Assembly: GCA_051294375.1 (NCBI GenBank)
Contig: CM119265.1
Span: 23,366,776 to 23,430,775, forward strand
Origin: Paraspadella gotoi
Taxonomy: Eukaryota; Animalia; Chaetognatha
DNA: 64,000 nt
Direction of reading: 5' to 3'
Below the pieces are notes generated by a model, which saw only the letters and a program-made list of their open reading frames with translations, was not told the origin of the DNA and searched no databases. A program made the translations under genes and the position numbers. This document shows, piece after piece, positions 10,870-25,200 of the stretch (within the stretch, counting starts at the first letter, position 1; each line of letters begins with the position of its first letter).

Positions 10870-13800
10870 TTTCGTTCATAGTTAGATCATAGTCCTGTAG
10901 AATGAACTGGGACTTTTCTCTCGCGGAAAGGTCTTTTGTTTTGATCCGCGCTTCTCAACTTCTCGGGTAGGGATTCCGACGGAATCCTCGATCAATTTGA
11001 TCTGATTGGCGTGGACAACACGGCTTCTTTTCGGCCATGTTCCGCCGATCCGTCACCCTTGTCAGCTGGGCAGATGACATAGTTGACATCACTCAGTTTC
11101 CTAGTGATGACAAAGGGCTCTTTGTAGAACTGGCGCTAAAAGATCGGACGTCATTGGGCTGAACATAAATTTTCGATATAGTACTTGTCTCCTTCTTTGA
11201 AAGTAGGAGTACTAGCACGCAAATCATAATAAGCCTTTGTCGAGACAGTTCAACGTCAGTGTTTTGCGACTGCCTTAAAGACTTGTGATTGTCTAACCTG
11301 TAACCCTCTGATTGCCCAGGCAACTCCTCACGTACCTGTCGTCCATCTTCCAACGGAAAGGTCAATGACAACGGGACATTCATGTCTGTCCTGTCAAGAC
11401 TCGGAATGGACTGAACCCTGTGAATTTACAAGGTAAGGCATTCATGGCAAACTGAACTTTCCGGGTCAAATCTCTCCCAATCAGTTTGTTCCTTCACACC
11501 CAATTTTCCTGCTCGGCTCAACCTCCATTAGGATTTAGACAAGTGTTGTTTAGGGTTCGATCTGTCTTTCTGCCAAACCATCACTTGAGGATGGAAAGAG
11601 ACCGTATGGGTCTTGTGAATTCCATCCAATTTGAAAAAGGTGGGTTGCCTTTTGAGCGGCCGAAATTGCACGCCAAAATCGTGTGGATGGCAAAAACTGG
11701 CGCCAAAGAAGGCACACCAGTTGTCCATATATGCCGTCCACACTTCTCTGCTGTCTGTGATTTCAAATTTGTCAGTGACACAAATCTGGTAAAATAATCC
11801 ACTATCAGTAAGATTGCCACAAAACCATGCCTCGATGGTTTTGTCATTACCTTAATGTCCATAGCTACTCGTTCATTAAACAATGAAGCTTTGTCTTGGA
11901 CTAAGGGTGCCCGGAGATTGGTTTTTCTCCTTCTGGCACAAATATTGCATGTCATTACATATTCCTTTATGGTGACATCGCGTGAGTACCAATAGTACTT
12001 ATCTTTGATTAGATCCTGCATCCTAGTGACCCCCGGATGCCCTTGAAGTTCATGAGCATTGAATAGTAATTGCAACCACACGATCCTCTGGCACCACTGG
12101 TAAATTGAGCTCTTTATTCGGGTCCACGGCGTCAGTCCATTTTCTGACGATGACTCCGTCATGCAGACTAAACTGCGGTAAGGATGCATAGTATGATCTC
12201 AAGCCGGACTATACCGTCGGGCTTGGGCTTTTTCAGGAGCTCCCTCATTAGCCATTTTTTTCAACACCTTGCAGGTCTTCATCGTTTCCTGCCAATTGCG
12301 CCAATCTGTCGCATTTTGCTGGTTCTGAACTTGATCAGGGTTCAGAACGGCTGCAGGGTCAGCCTTCTTAGCTTCTTCCCGAGCGCTCCTTGTGATTACC
12401 GGCGCTATCCTCTCACTGATTTTCTTCTTGTTGCTACAGACCTCCGCCCAAGTCCCTGTGGGTGGAACATCTAACCTGATGCGCGACAATGCATCTGCAG
12501 CAACATTTCGATTCCTGGAACATGGACAATTTTCCAGTCTTTTCCGAATTTGGCAAATCTTACCCAGACATCGCAAAATAAATGCCGAAACTTCTCGGGA
12601 GTGGAGTAAATATAAGAGGCTACGACAGTCACGTATGACCGTGAAGTTTCCTTTGGCCAAAAGGTAAGCCTCGCATCTGTTAGAGCCGTAAGGAGGGCCT
12701 TAAATTCTCCCATATAAGATGAATCTATACTCCTCTCCCTTTTGGGATCAGTTTGAACTCCCTTATGGGCTTGTGACCCATATAGTATCGGTCTTATTTT
12801 TCCTGTACGGTCACACTTCTGACCCAATACATATCCTACTGCCACATTGACCAATCAATAGACAATGGAATTCTTTTTCAAAATCTGGTGGCGCCAGACA
12901 AGTGTCGGCGCATAACAACCTTTCAATTCCTCAAAGGCTTGTTGACATTCCTCATTCCATTCGAAATTCTACATTTTTTTCTGAGAGCTTATACAAAGGC
13001 TTTGCAATGCCAGAAAACCCAGGCAGCAAACCTCCGATAGAAATTTGCAAAGGCCACAAATGATTGTACCTGTTTAACAGTTTTGGTACTGGCAATGTTT
13101 GACCGCAACTAACTTTGTTTCGTCAGCCCTGACACCTTCAGGACTGACCTCATGACCCAATATATGAATTGAGTTTTTGAACAAGGTCATTTTTGAGGGT
13201 TTAGCCTTTAGACCCGCCAGTTCCAGACGGCACAAGACTTTCTTCCACATGCTCTAAGTGGTCCTCAAGGTTGACGAAAAGATAATGATATCGTCAAGGT
13301 AGGCCAAGGCGCTTTGCCACGAGATTCCAGCCAGAACCTTTGCAGCTAACAAAGCAAAGGTACTGGGCGAACTTATTAAACCAAAAGGACATCGCAGAAA
13401 CTGCCATGTCTCCCCATTTGGCGATTGGAAAGTCGTATATGGCCTACTTGCCTCATCCAAAACCACATTGAAAAATGCACTTGTGAGGTCGATAGACTGA
13501 AAACCAACGGTTTCCATTTCCTGAAACATCATGATAACATCCGCCATATTTGGTATTAAGGCGGAACTGGAATCGTATAACTATTTAATTTTCTGTAATC
13601 TATAGCCATACGGGCATTTTTTTCCAAAGTCCCATCCTTTTTCCGCTTGCTCGCCAAGACGGGAAAAGCACGATGGCTACTTTTACAGGCCTCAATTATA
13701 TTGTTCTCTCTAAGTTTTTCAATATGTTCTCTGATAGCCTTTTGTTTTTCTAGAGGATAACGTCGAGGAGGGTCGACAATAGCCTCATACCTAGTTTGTC

Positions 13801-14700
13801 TTATCTATTTCAATGTGATGCTCTACCAAATGAGTTTTTCCCAAATCCCATTCTCCTCTAGTTACAGCTTTATATATTTTCTCCTGAGTAAGGTTTCAAC
13901 CTGTTCCTTTTGTTTACCTTTCAGATGGTCAGGTCGATCTTATCTACAGGATGATCATCTGGGCTTATGTCAATCCCTCCATCCTCAGGATCAGGTTTAG
14001 ATCGATTAAAGGTTTTTTCTCACTCGGATCCATTATGATTTCACTGTGGGAAGCTACTCCCATAGTGCAATTTCGATATAACTTTATCGGTTGTGTATAC
14101 CAATTTTTTATTACTAAGGCACCATTTCCTGATTCCTGTCTTTTTATTAACTGCTCTGGAAATGATAATTCCATATCGCCTACAGGCAATCCGCAGTCAA
14201 TTTCCCAAATATCACCAGGTACCTCTTCAGTAAGTTTTAAGTAAGTTATCATTTCTTTTCCTTCTGGGATGACGATGGTCTCTCCAATTTTAAATTACAT
14301 TCTGATCGCGTCGTTACGGATGAACTGTCGCGTTTCACCCATTTGGATATTTTTCGTTTTATATTTTATAGCTATATTATTGCACACGACTAAACCTTCA
14401 TTTGGGTTAATTTGCATTTTAAAACGTTTCATACCCGTTTAAACCCAATATACATAAACCGAATTCCTTTACAACATGAAATCTAATTTTTTGTGAACAA
14501 TTGTTCATAAAACAAGGCACAGAGCTTCCCCAGGAGATTTAAACCACCTCCCCCTATCTACAAGATTTAAATGGCTTGGTGATAGTTTTAGCCATGGAAC
14601 CCTGATTTTTCTAAATATATTCATGGAAACGATATTGACATTACTTCCGTGATCCAACATAACATGCCTATCTTCTTTTTTGAAGAATCCACGTTTTCTT
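10870..14700 (-). pseudogene. pol: Gypsy pol (protease, reverse transcriptase, RNase H, integrase), multiply frameshifted
   Basis: PR: VMLDHGSNVNIVS. RT: IDYRKLN, IDLTSAF, CPFGLISSPSTF, AYLDDII. RNase H: VGYVLGQ, EFKALLTAL, NVAADALSR. IN: HELQGHPG...CNIC, RVAMDI, VDYFTRF, VVHANQIK. End coordinates are approximate. Confidence 0.92.
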
Positions 14701-15454
14701 CTCCGTCCCACGCAGTGGTTTAAATGGTTGACGTTTTCCCGGGCGTTTTTCCGGATGGAGGCGCCAACAGTCGGCCTTCATGTGACCGGTTCTATCGCAC
14801 CCCCAACACACTGGTCTGCCCTTCTGGGTTGGGCATTCGAAGTCTTCACCACCGTCGGCTCTTCCAATGGGTGCCACCAGCGCCGCTTGTCCTTCAGTGA
14901 TTCGAGCGTCTCCATTGAGCGCGCAATCTCTACCGTTCATCAGCTGCTTGGGGAATCTCAACCGCATTTGTCGGCCAAGCTCCCCTTTGGATTATTTAAG
15001 AAAATCTCTAGAGCTTTGTCCTCTATCTGTCGGCTGGTGTATTCTTGACCGTAAGCTTTAACGGTTCAAGTTCTCACCTAACGCAAAGCTGTAAGGCCTT
15101 CACCTTCTTCCTTGGAAGCGTTCCACAGTCGATAGCGTGCTGCCCACGTCTGTTCTCATTCCAAAGTCTGCACGAGATGATCACGCACTTCCTCGTACGT
15201 GGACGTCGGTTCCCTAACGACGAAGTTCACGGCCAGTGTTGAAGCCGATCCCTTCAAAAGAGCGACAAACTTTGCTCTCCAGTTCTTTTCGTGGAACCTC
15301 GCAAGCCAGTGCCTCTCCCTCAAAGGCGGCGGAGAAAGCACGGATTGAATCTCCATCTGCATAACGAGGAAAGTCTGGTTTCACCGGCGCCGTGAGACGA
15401 AGGGTTGTGCTGCTTTTTCCAGCTGAAATTGGACTCCACGGTGGTGCCTCCACT
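14668..15454 (-). pseudogene. gag: Gypsy gag C-terminal part with a CCHC zinc knuckle
   Basis: CWGCDRTGHMKADC (CX2CX4HX4C) directly upstream of the protease. Confidence 0.85.
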
Positions 15455-15554
15455 NNNNNNNNNNNNNNNNNNNNNNNNNNNNNNNNNNNNNNNNNNNNNN
15501 NNNNNNNNNNNNNNNNNNNNNNNNNNNNNNNNNNNNNNNNNNNNNNNNNNNNNN

Positions 15555-18500
15555 CCGACGCTCACCAGCGTCCCCGATGTCGCCGCGGAGGAGATGGGCA
15601 ACGAGGAAGTTGTCGTCGTCTCCTTCGTCGTCGTCGTTGCCGCCTTCGTCGTCGTCGTAGCCGCCTTCGTCGTCGTCGCCGCCTTCGTCGTCGTCGGCGT
15701 AGCCTTCGTCGTCGTCGGCGTAGCTTTCGTCGTCGTCGTGGCGGTCGTCGTCGTCGTTGGCATCGAGGTAGCGAGGGGTTCGACCAAGATGATTTGGAGG
15801 TCATAACCCCAGCCTCGCGCTGAAGGAAAAAATAAAAAGAAAAACAAAAAAATAAAAATCGACGGAAAAATGGCCATCATGATAAAGGATCATTAGAAGA
15901 GTAAAGACGAATTGTACCTTTGTTGTGACTACAACGACGGATTTCCGTGTGGCCCGTGGGAGTCGGATGGGGCCACGTTGAGGAGATCCTCTGGGACTGT
16001 ATCCCCTCCCATGAGGAAAGGGATATCGGTGAGGAGCTGGTTCATCTCAAGAGCAGTAGGGGATGGAGCCGTTAAGTGATAGGTGGAGCAACAAAAAGGA
16101 CATTAGTAGTAGGTGGGTCAGGAGGAGGTGCTTCCGGGAAGGATGGCAAGAAATCTCCCTCCATTTGGTCAGGCCAGGGGTCGACATGCTGACTTGGCGA
16201 CTCCTCGATGAGATCGTCGACCCAATGGATGGTCGGGGTGTCGAGGGGGACGCCATAGGTGGGAGTAGGAACAGACCTTTCAGGGAAGAGGCTATCTGAG
16301 GGAGGAGGAGCATATTCAGGAGACCGGGAGGCCGGATGGATAATCTCCGCCACCGCCTCAGGCACATTAGTGGCCTCAGGTAAGAATGGCGGGGCGGATT
16401 CAGCAGAGGATAAGGAAAGAAAGGCAGGGTCTATGGAGAAAAGAAACCCAGGTTTAGGAGCTTCAGGGACAGAGCTTACATGGTTTTGAAGGGACCCGGA
16501 AATGGATGAGGAGATTGGCATTGGAGTTAAATGGTTAGAAGGAACATTAATGTTAATATTAGGGTCGTCGGGATTGAGCCAAAGAATGGTAGGCTCGGTA
16601 GGAGGAGATATAAAGCACTGATATTTACGCTTTGGGGATCTCTGTGATCCCCCTACCCCAGGCCTTTTCTGGTCTTGAGAAGGAATGGAGGGGGGGTCCG
16701 GAAACCTAAAATGGGATCTGGACCCGAAGAACACTCCATGTCCGAAAAGGTGAGAACGTGGGTTAGAATGGATATGGCCGGGTTAGAATGGTTAAAGGGT
16801 GATCTAGATCGAATCAGGTGAATGAGACCTGAGATCCCTTTCAGAGGAGAGGAGGCCTCACTGGTTCGTTTAGTAACCAGAGGGTGAAGATAGGATGTCA
16901 AGACCAGGCCCAAAGATGGGTCTAGAAAGAAGTGAGGTTGATTCCCTGTCACCCAAGACCGAGCGGGAGTTGAAGACCGTTGACGTGAACAACTCGGCGC
17001 CCCGGTGAACCAGGAAGGAGGACCGACTCCGGAGGGAGGAGAGATGGGCCTTGGACTGGATCGCGACGGCGTCGATGGTGGAAGATAACTAGGAAAAGGA
17101 TAAAGAAGAGGAATAAAAAATTAATTGATTAATAATTAATTAATGATTAACAAATATTGAAAAGACAGAAAAAAAAGAAAAAATTACATGTAAAGTTTAA
17201 AAGATAAGATAACAGAATAAAACAGACTTACCCAGCTGGAGGATTTCCCCATTGGAAGAGCTCGTAGGGATCCATGATCTCAAAGTACCACGAGAAGGGT
17301 CGGCAGGGCGTGGAAGTCCAGCGGGAAGGGCACGTTGACGTCATGGTGATAGCCCATAATCCAAGGGGAGAGGTGGAAAATCCACTGCTCCCATCGGATC
17401 TGGCGCTCCGCCGCCTCCGGAGACAGGCGTCGAGGATGAGGAGACGGACGACGAGTGCCCCGCACCAGGAGTGTTGAGTGCGCCGGGGAAGGAGGCTCAA
17501 GTAGCTTCCTTGAACCCCGATACACCCCCTGAGGTCTTCCAGCGGTCCGGAAAGGGGATCCCTGTCGACACGCCAGCCAGTGGTGGGAAAGCACGGGCAG
17601 CCGTGCCGACGCGTCCGGCAAGCTGAGAGAAAAAAATAAAACAAAAAATGAAATAAACTAAATTAAATTAAATTCAAATATTTCAAGATAAAGAAAGAAT
17701 AAATTAAATGAATAACTCGACAAAACTCACAGAGTTCCGTGTCGTTGAAGCGGAAACATAACGATCGTGGTGGATCCCCACACTCTAGGGTGTGCATCTC
17801 TTCAATGACAAAAAGTGGGGGATCAATACACTGGCAATCGGCTCATTCGCGGGCGGCGAAGAGACTACCGCCCATAGTGAGTCGTCGTGAAAGGCGAAGC
17901 TCCAGCGCAAGGACTTCAGCATGAAGCCTGGACGAGTGCCCGGCCAGGAGAGGACCGGGCGTCGGCCGAATAAATAAGGAAAAGACGGAAACCAGGAACC
18001 AACGAAGTTGGTTGGGATCCTGGATTTCCACAGGCGTTGGAGTAAGGCCGTTGGTGAGGAGAGCGGGCGGCCGGTTGGGCAGAACAGTCGAGAGGGAGCG
18101 TGGGCTCCCATCCTCATTGAGGACACGGATGATGAGGCCGCCCACTAAAACATATTCCCGTTTGCAATGGGTACTGAGAAAAGCAGACGAAAAAAGGAAT
18201 AACAACATGAGAAGTAAGCGGAAAAATTTAAAAGCTAAAAATCCAAAAGAGCATCGAAAAGCACCGACGGGTTTTAAATATAAAATCATTTAATAATAAA
18301 CCGAGTTCCTAAATTTCACAATTAATTGATATTATTGATATCTATATTATCCTTGGAAATATTTAATCAACAAATAATTATGTGTGTTTAGTTTATAGTA
18401 CAAGTTTTAACCATAAGTTACTGTACTAGCCACAAAAAATTTCAACGTAGAGTTGTCTAATGAATTTCATGTGAATTATCTATTCGATATGCTTTACATT

Positions 18501-18617
18501 TCACATTGTATTGTAAAATTGTTATAATGTAATTTGCATGTAATTGACAAAATTAACTTACATAGAAATAAGACCAAGGAGGCCGAGGAGAAGGGCGTAG
18601 GCGTAAGCGGAACCCAT
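15555..18617 (-). pseudogene. Second copy of the antisense spliced accessory gene (3' exons lost in the gap)
   Basis: Exon 1 (18617-18562) spliced to exon 2 reads MGSAYAYALLLGLLGLISITHCKREYVLVGGLIIRVLNEDG.... The intron positions match copy 1. The Thr-rich exon is at 15555-15819. Confidence 0.65.
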
Positions 18618-18901
18618 TTCGAGAAGAGCGAGAGAATTGAGAGAAAAAGGAGGAAAAATGGGAAATTTTAGTGAAGGTGCGGATGAGAGAAGGGAAGAGC
18701 CGTGAATAAAAGAAAGTGACCCTTACCGTTGTTTAAATAGTATCACTTCGTCCGTTGAGATGTCCCTGGGTCCGCACGGGAGACCCGGTCCAAAACAGGA
18801 AGGAGGTGAGAATTGTCATTAATGAGGTAGTAGATCATACAGCCAATCCTGGGGGCCGGCTCATCAGCTGAGGAACAGCTTTTGTTTTTTGTGGGGGAGG
18901 G

Positions 18902-19364
18902 TGTAACGAATCAACTAAGAAAGAAAGAAAGAGAGAGAAAGAGGGGTGGCCGTCGCCGTTCACGCTTCAATGGTCGCCGACCAAGAGCGGCCGGCCCCGC
19001 CCCCCCCGATGAGGAGGAAGGGAGAGGAAAATCCTCCTTAAAGCTAAACTCAGGTGACAGGAAAGATGGAAAAGAGGAAACAAAGGAAGAGAGGGTATAT
19101 AAGGCACGGCGGAAAGAGAAGGAGGAGACAAGCCACCAGCACCAGCAGAAAGTGAAAATAAAAATAGGACTTCTGTCCAAAACTCAAAAACATAAGAATA
19201 AAGTTTATTGCATCCTGATATTAACTGTCAAAACTTTTGTAAACTTTCTGTTGTCAAAGAAATAAAACCAAAATAACCTCACACGAATTTTTCTTCTAAA
19301 CAACTACAAAAATCGAGATCGAATCCTCTAAGCTAGCGAGTTGTTTGTAGCGTTACATGCTACA
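18902..19364 (+). mobile_element. 3' LTR
   Basis: TGTAACG...TGCTACA, preceded by the PPT. Confidence 0.95.
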
Positions 19365-22278
19365 AAACACTCTTAATCTAAAAAAACGGTTGGCTATAGT
19401 TATCTTCTCCTTATGACACAACCAAAAAAACATCTAGAAACCCACCTGGGTGACATTTCTCTTATGCCTTTCAAAAATACGCGTAAGACACATGATTTTC
19501 TTTTACGACAATCATGTCTACTTCCGGTATCAATGCCTATACACTAAGCCATGAAACTAAAAACGATTTTGTCATGATAAGGGGAACTTTTATAAGATTA
19601 AAACTTGCTCGTCACGCATCTATCGGTTCTCTTGCTAGATACTAACTACCTGCTTAGGCCAAAACAACTGCAGCGTACCTGATTGTTTAAAACTCGTTTT
19701 TCCATCTTCTTTGATCCACTACATTTTTTTGCTCATCTGAAACCTTCTCGCTGCTGTCTCTTCTACTCTCTGTTCTGCTCTTCTCTCTCTAGCTCTTTTA
19801 CTCTCCTTCTCTCACTACTTTTTCTGTCCTCATATGTTCTCTTCTGTGTCATCCCTTCTTTCTTCGCTTAACTTTACTTTCCCTTCCTCTCAAATCCTCT
19901 GTTTTTTGCTCTCCTCTCTGATATCTCTTTCCTCCGCTGTTTCTTATGCTTCTTCCTTTTTTCTCCTCAATTTTTCTCGTCTTCCCCCCTCTCCTCATAT
20001 AGCTCGAATCTTCCTGATCTCCACTACTTTTCCGTCTCAGTCCTGTTCAATTTCTTTTTTCACCTCATTTGCTCTCTCTTCTCGTCATTCCTTTTGTCTC
20101 ATTCTCACAATGTACAGGAAGAAAAATACTAAAGGGTAGCTGTTAATGATTATTTAGCGGATAGTGTTGGTTGCCAAGCAGGATTGTTAAAAAAATTGAC
20201 AGTATGTCTCTCTTGCAGAAATTTTTTTCCGGCCACAAAACCTGTCGACATTGAGCATAAAATTTAATTCTGGTCTTACGTTTCCCCTTTCAATAAAAGG
20301 AAGGTGCGGGCGGTTTTTTGTTAAATTCGTGGGCAACTTTAGTATCGTTTCTCAGACTATTCAAATACTTAGTTAGGCATATAATAAGTTGATAATACAC
20401 CGAGTTTTAGTTCCAATATAAGAACGGCACAGGCCCTCCGACAAAATCCTCACAAATTTAAAAGTAGGCTTAACACAAATTATTTTCTGCAGCCTTAAGT
20501 ATCTAAACTATTTTGCCTAATTTTCTCTAGCGGTACCGGCAGAAGCAAACCAACAATGGGAGGAATAAAAAGCAAAAAAGATATTTGATCTAGAATTGTG
20601 GAGCATTTTGAAGCTATTCCGTTCGTTTAACATAATTGTAAATAAAATGTAAAAATGTAAAGTTTTCCTTTTTTGACTAGTAAAATTTACAAAAGATTAA
20701 TTCATAGGCCAAAACTACATCAGATGCACTATAACATCAAATGAACCAACCTCAGAGGTAAAGAGATACGAGAAGGACCCGAAAGCGCAGAGTAACAAAA
20801 TATTTTTTTTCCAATGAATCTTGGCATCTCAAATCTTCAAGACATAATAGTCAAAATGGACAACATAGGAATTAATTCTTTTTCTTATTAAAGGAGTAAG
20901 CAAATATATGCTCATAGTCGATTCTCTAATTAGAAAATGCACGCAGCCAGGATTTTTCTCATCATTACACATCCGTCAGTCTAGCCCAACCATTTGCTCT
21001 TAGAGTTAAACATTTCACATACATTTTCTGTTGGTAAATCCATTGCCTAACAATAATTCGAAAAACAGTGTTTTTTTTGCTAAATTCTAGATAAGAAATC
21101 ACGTAGCCAAATAGTAAAGACGATCGACGGTACGAAGTTCCCTATCCATCTTGAAACTCCTAAGAGGGTAAAACACATTTTTTTGCTTCTAATCAACCCT
21201 TAGTTTTTCTCATTCCCTTGCTCGACCTCGAACCGTCATTCGGGTGGGGTTCGTCCGTCGTGCTTCGTCCCATCCCCGCGTTTTGGCCAGGAAAGTAAAA
21301 GATTCGTCTCTGCCGGCGACATCGCTCGTTCTCTTTACCTCTTTTACAATCTAGCGGAAAACATTGACAGCAACACAAGACAGGGATTCAGCCCATTTTT
21401 CCAACTTGTTCAAGTCTCTCACGGGCTCAGCAGGAAACATTAACGCCAGAGTATTTTATTCGCGCTCTAAATATTTATAATGAGGGCCGAAGGTCGGCTT
21501 TGGACTTACTAGCCAAAACTGGACCACTTGTCGCAGCGGCCATTCACCTAGCGCTTTCCACTGTTGGTCGGCAGACTGAGTTTTACAGCGTGCAGGAGAT
21601 CTTCGGCCAGCTGAACTGGGGCCGGTCGAATTGGAAGAAACATCACAACATCTCAACAACCGACTCAGCAGGCAACGTGCACTGTGGCCATTGGCTCGGA
21701 CGGAAGTCTGGTCCGAACGCTGAGGTGGCAAAGCCAAGCCGGCTGGGGCTTCGCAGAGAGGCGCAGGAGGAGGCGAGGCAGCAGGAGGGGAGTGCCCGGC
21801 AAGCTCAGAGGTACATCAGGGCACACCGGTGGACTGCGGTTGGAGCGTTCGGTCGCTCGGGCTGGAAGGGAGCAGACCACAACGCCTCGTACCCCTTTTC
21901 CCTTAAACCACTAAATCGAGCCTAAGCTCACTTTAAGTAACTGAGACTAAAACATAAATATTAGAAAGCAGATAATAATTCGATGCATTTTTTTTTGCAA
22001 AAACCTCTACGATTGTCAATGTTTGTAGATATAAGAAATTCATTAAACACAGGAAACCAGTCAACTGAACACCTACCATCGGAAATAACATAATCAAAAC
22101 TCAATAATCAATAACAATCAAAAAAGTACAATGTCAAACAATACATGGGTGACAATTTTTAAGCAAGCGCCGTGTAGTNNNNNNNNNNNNNNNNNNNNNN
22201 NNNNNNNNNNNNNNNNNNNNNNNNNNNNNNNNNNNNNNNNNNNNNNNNNNNNNNNNNNNNNNNNNNNNNNNNNNNNNN

Positions 22279-25200
22279 GACTTTATTTTATACATATAAG
22301 ACCCCTTATGGTTGCTCTGTATGCTGATAAAATATAAAAAAAATCCTTCGAATAATAAAGTTTAATTTGCTTAAAGTAGTGAATTTTACAATTATCTCCT
22401 ATTTGTTTCTATTCATTGATATTTTTAAAAAAACATTATACTACTAGATAGTAAACTTCATGAACATTTAAAAAAAATAATGTTTAAGGTTTTAATATGA
22501 CTTGATGGTAGAAAAAAAAAATTTCAAATATTGATCAAAAATAGTACTTTATTATAAATAAAAAAAATAAATTATATTTTTATTGCATTATGTAGCCCCT
22601 GATTAGCTGATTCACGATATAATTTTATTTTTTCAAAAAGTTAAGCAGTTTTTAATTAATAGCACCTAGAATCTTGGAAAAATGACGAAAAATGGTCATT
22701 TTTAAACCTTTATAAAAACTGATATAGTAATAATTTAATGATATAACTTGGCACGAACAAAGATATGCGTCTGTATTTTTTTCTAATACTAAATAAATGG
22801 TTTTTATCGTATTCTAGTTGCAGCAGTAAAGCAGTATCTGTAACTCAGTCATTCATTTTATTGATCTTGTTGCGGAGACGCTTATATCGCCGCTTACCAT
22901 GATGAAGAAAAAAATTGTCGCGGTTACTTTTCAGCTATTTTTCGGCATTTTAATGTAAGAATCGAAAAATAAAACTTACATATCGAAAAACTTTGGTCTT
23001 TTGTGATTCATATGAGCTGTATCTCATTTATGTACGACAAAAAATACAAGAGTTCTATGCAAAAGAAAATTAGTTGTCCAAAAAAATGCTTCCTTCTTTT
23101 TTATCTTTTTCATATCTACACTTTTCATTTATACTAATTTCCGGTTCTTTTTTATTACTTTTTGAGTTAAACTGTTACTATTGAAGAGACAGTAATTAGT
23201 GATATGAGTTAGTGATAGNNNNNNNNNNNNNNNNNNNNNNNNNNNNNNNNNNNNNNNNNNNNNNNNNNNNNNNNNNNNNNNNNNNNNNNNNNNNNNNNNN
23301 NNNNNNNNNNNNNNNNNNNNNNNNNNNNNNNNNNNNNNNNNNNNNNNNNNNNNNNNNNNNNNNNNNNNNNNNNNNNNNNNNNNNNNNNNNNNNNNNNNNN
23401 NNNNNNNNNNNNNNNNNNNNNNNNNNNNNNNNNNNNNNNNNNNNNNNNNNNNNNNNNNNNNNNNNNNNNNNNNNNNNNNNNNNNNNNNNNNNNNNNNNNN
23501 NNNNNNNNNNNNNNNNNNNNNNNNNNNNNNNNNNNNNNNNNNNNNNNNNNNNNNNNNNNNNNNNNNNNNNNNNNNNNNNNNNNNNNNNNNNNNNNNNNNN
23601 NNNNNNNNNNNNNNNNNNNNNNNNNNNNNNNNNNNNNNNNNNNNNNNNNNNNNNNNNNNNNNNNNNNNNNNNNNNNNNNNNNNNNNNNNNNNNNNNNNNN
23701 NNNNNNNNNNNNNNNNNNNNNNNNNNNNNNNNNNNNNNNNNNNNNNNNNNNNNNNNNNNNNNNNNNNNNNNNNNNNNNNNNNNNNNNNNNNNNNNNNNNN
23801 NNNNNNNNNNNNNNNNNNNNNNNNNNNNNNNNNNNNNNNNNNNNNNNNNNNNNNNNNNNNNNNNNNNNNNNNNNNNNNNNNNNNNNNNNNNNNNNNNNNN
23901 NNNNNNNNNNNNNNNNNNNNNNNNNNNNNNNNNNNNNNNNNNNNNNNNNNNNNNNNNNNNNNNNNNNNNNNNNNNNNNNNNNNNNNNNNNNNNNNNNNNN
24001 NNNNNNNNNNNNNNNNNNNNNNNNNNNNNNNNNNNNNNNNNNNNNNNNNNNNNNNNNNNNNNNNNNNNNNNNNNNTAATTCATATGTCAAAAAAATAGTG
24101 GCATTAAAAATACATAAACGCTGTAGATGCTCTAGAATATTCTTTTTGTATTGTAAAGTATCAATAAAAGTTATAATGCTCTGGGTAACCTTTTTATAAG
24201 CAAAGATATCATTATTATTTACCTCTGGATGTATTATCAGAACCAAATATCAAACAAGTCCAAAAAAAAGAAAAATCAAGATTTTGTTGAAATGAAAGAC
24301 AATGCATTATCGCATTATGCAACAACAACTCAAGCCTGGTTTACTTTATAGGGGACCAATCTTTTTCAACTGCTTACCAAGGACCATTTTTTGACCTAAA
24401 TCTGATAAAAAATATTATGCCAGAGATATAATATTAACAAAAAGAGGTGAAAACAGTTGAAGACAACCTCTTTTGGAAGTATTTGAATGCATTAAATAAT
24501 TTTATGCTGTTGAGAAATAATCTTTTTATTCAATCCTTAGCAGGTCATATTATATATTAAAACCTATTTACCGGTCAAAAAATATATTTGACAATGAAAT
24601 TAACCGACTTTTCCAAACCGCGAACAATTTTTTTTCCATCATGGTAGTCAATTCTTTCTATCATATATTCAGTTTAATAATTGCAAAAGAAACTTGCTAG
24701 TGACAGTTCAGTAGTCAGTTTCTTACTTCTCTCACGACGATAGTGGAAGAGTGAGAGAGTGGAAGAGAGAGAGAGAAAAGACTGGTCTTATTTAGTACTG
24801 TCATTAGTTAGCCACAGCTTAAAAAATATCTATCTCCAAAACGCCAAGTTGATAACGTAATTAATGATGTAATCGCCAATTGATGTGTTAAAAACCTTTA
24901 AACAATTAATTATCATTTAAAATAATTAATTCCTCACAATCATTTCTAATCTCATACTTAGTGAGCGTCATCCGGGGAGTGTTGAAAAATCTATGTTCTT
25001 CTGTTAGCAGTGGGCGATCCCTCGCGTTCCAATAACAGTACTGATTTTCTCTAACACATAGCAACGTTTCTAACAGAAGTGTTTAGTGTTTATTTAACAA
25101 CGCCAAGTATCGCACGCGTACGACCTCTCTTTACAGGTCTGAAAAGGTCAACTAAATGACCAGGGAAAAATGACCGGACAGGAAGGGTACAGGAAAAGAA

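Larger units (their letters stand above)
6320..15454 (-). mobile_element. Ty3/Gypsy element, minus strand (gag-pol, accessory region, PPT, 3' LTR); 5' end lost in the gap
   Basis: Domain order gag CCHC - PR - RT - RNase H - IN, then ~4 kb of extra sequence, a PPT and the LTR. Confidence 0.9.
15555..19364 (+). mobile_element. 3' half of a second copy of the same Gypsy family (accessory region, PPT, 3' LTR)
   Basis: Reverse complement of ~6320-10074. PPT GTGGGGGAGGG at 18891-18901. Confidence 0.9.

Noticed and set aside
5234-19364. One intact LTR element bounded by the 5234 and 18902 LTRs
   Set aside because: The flanks differ (CTTG vs AAAC), and the interior is inverted and gapped.
19683-20139. 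Ser/Phe/Leu-rich ORFs, or a coiled-coil gene on the minus strand
   Set aside because: CT-rich low complexity with many stops in the E/K/R-rich frame. At most a decayed remnant that I cannot assign.
21500-21925. 141-aa GC-rich ORF
   Set aside because: No recognisable motif or supporting gene structure.
23196-24246. Long ORFs running through N-gaps (also near 55100, 59800, 62300 and 63500)
   Set aside because: They are artefacts of translating N as X.
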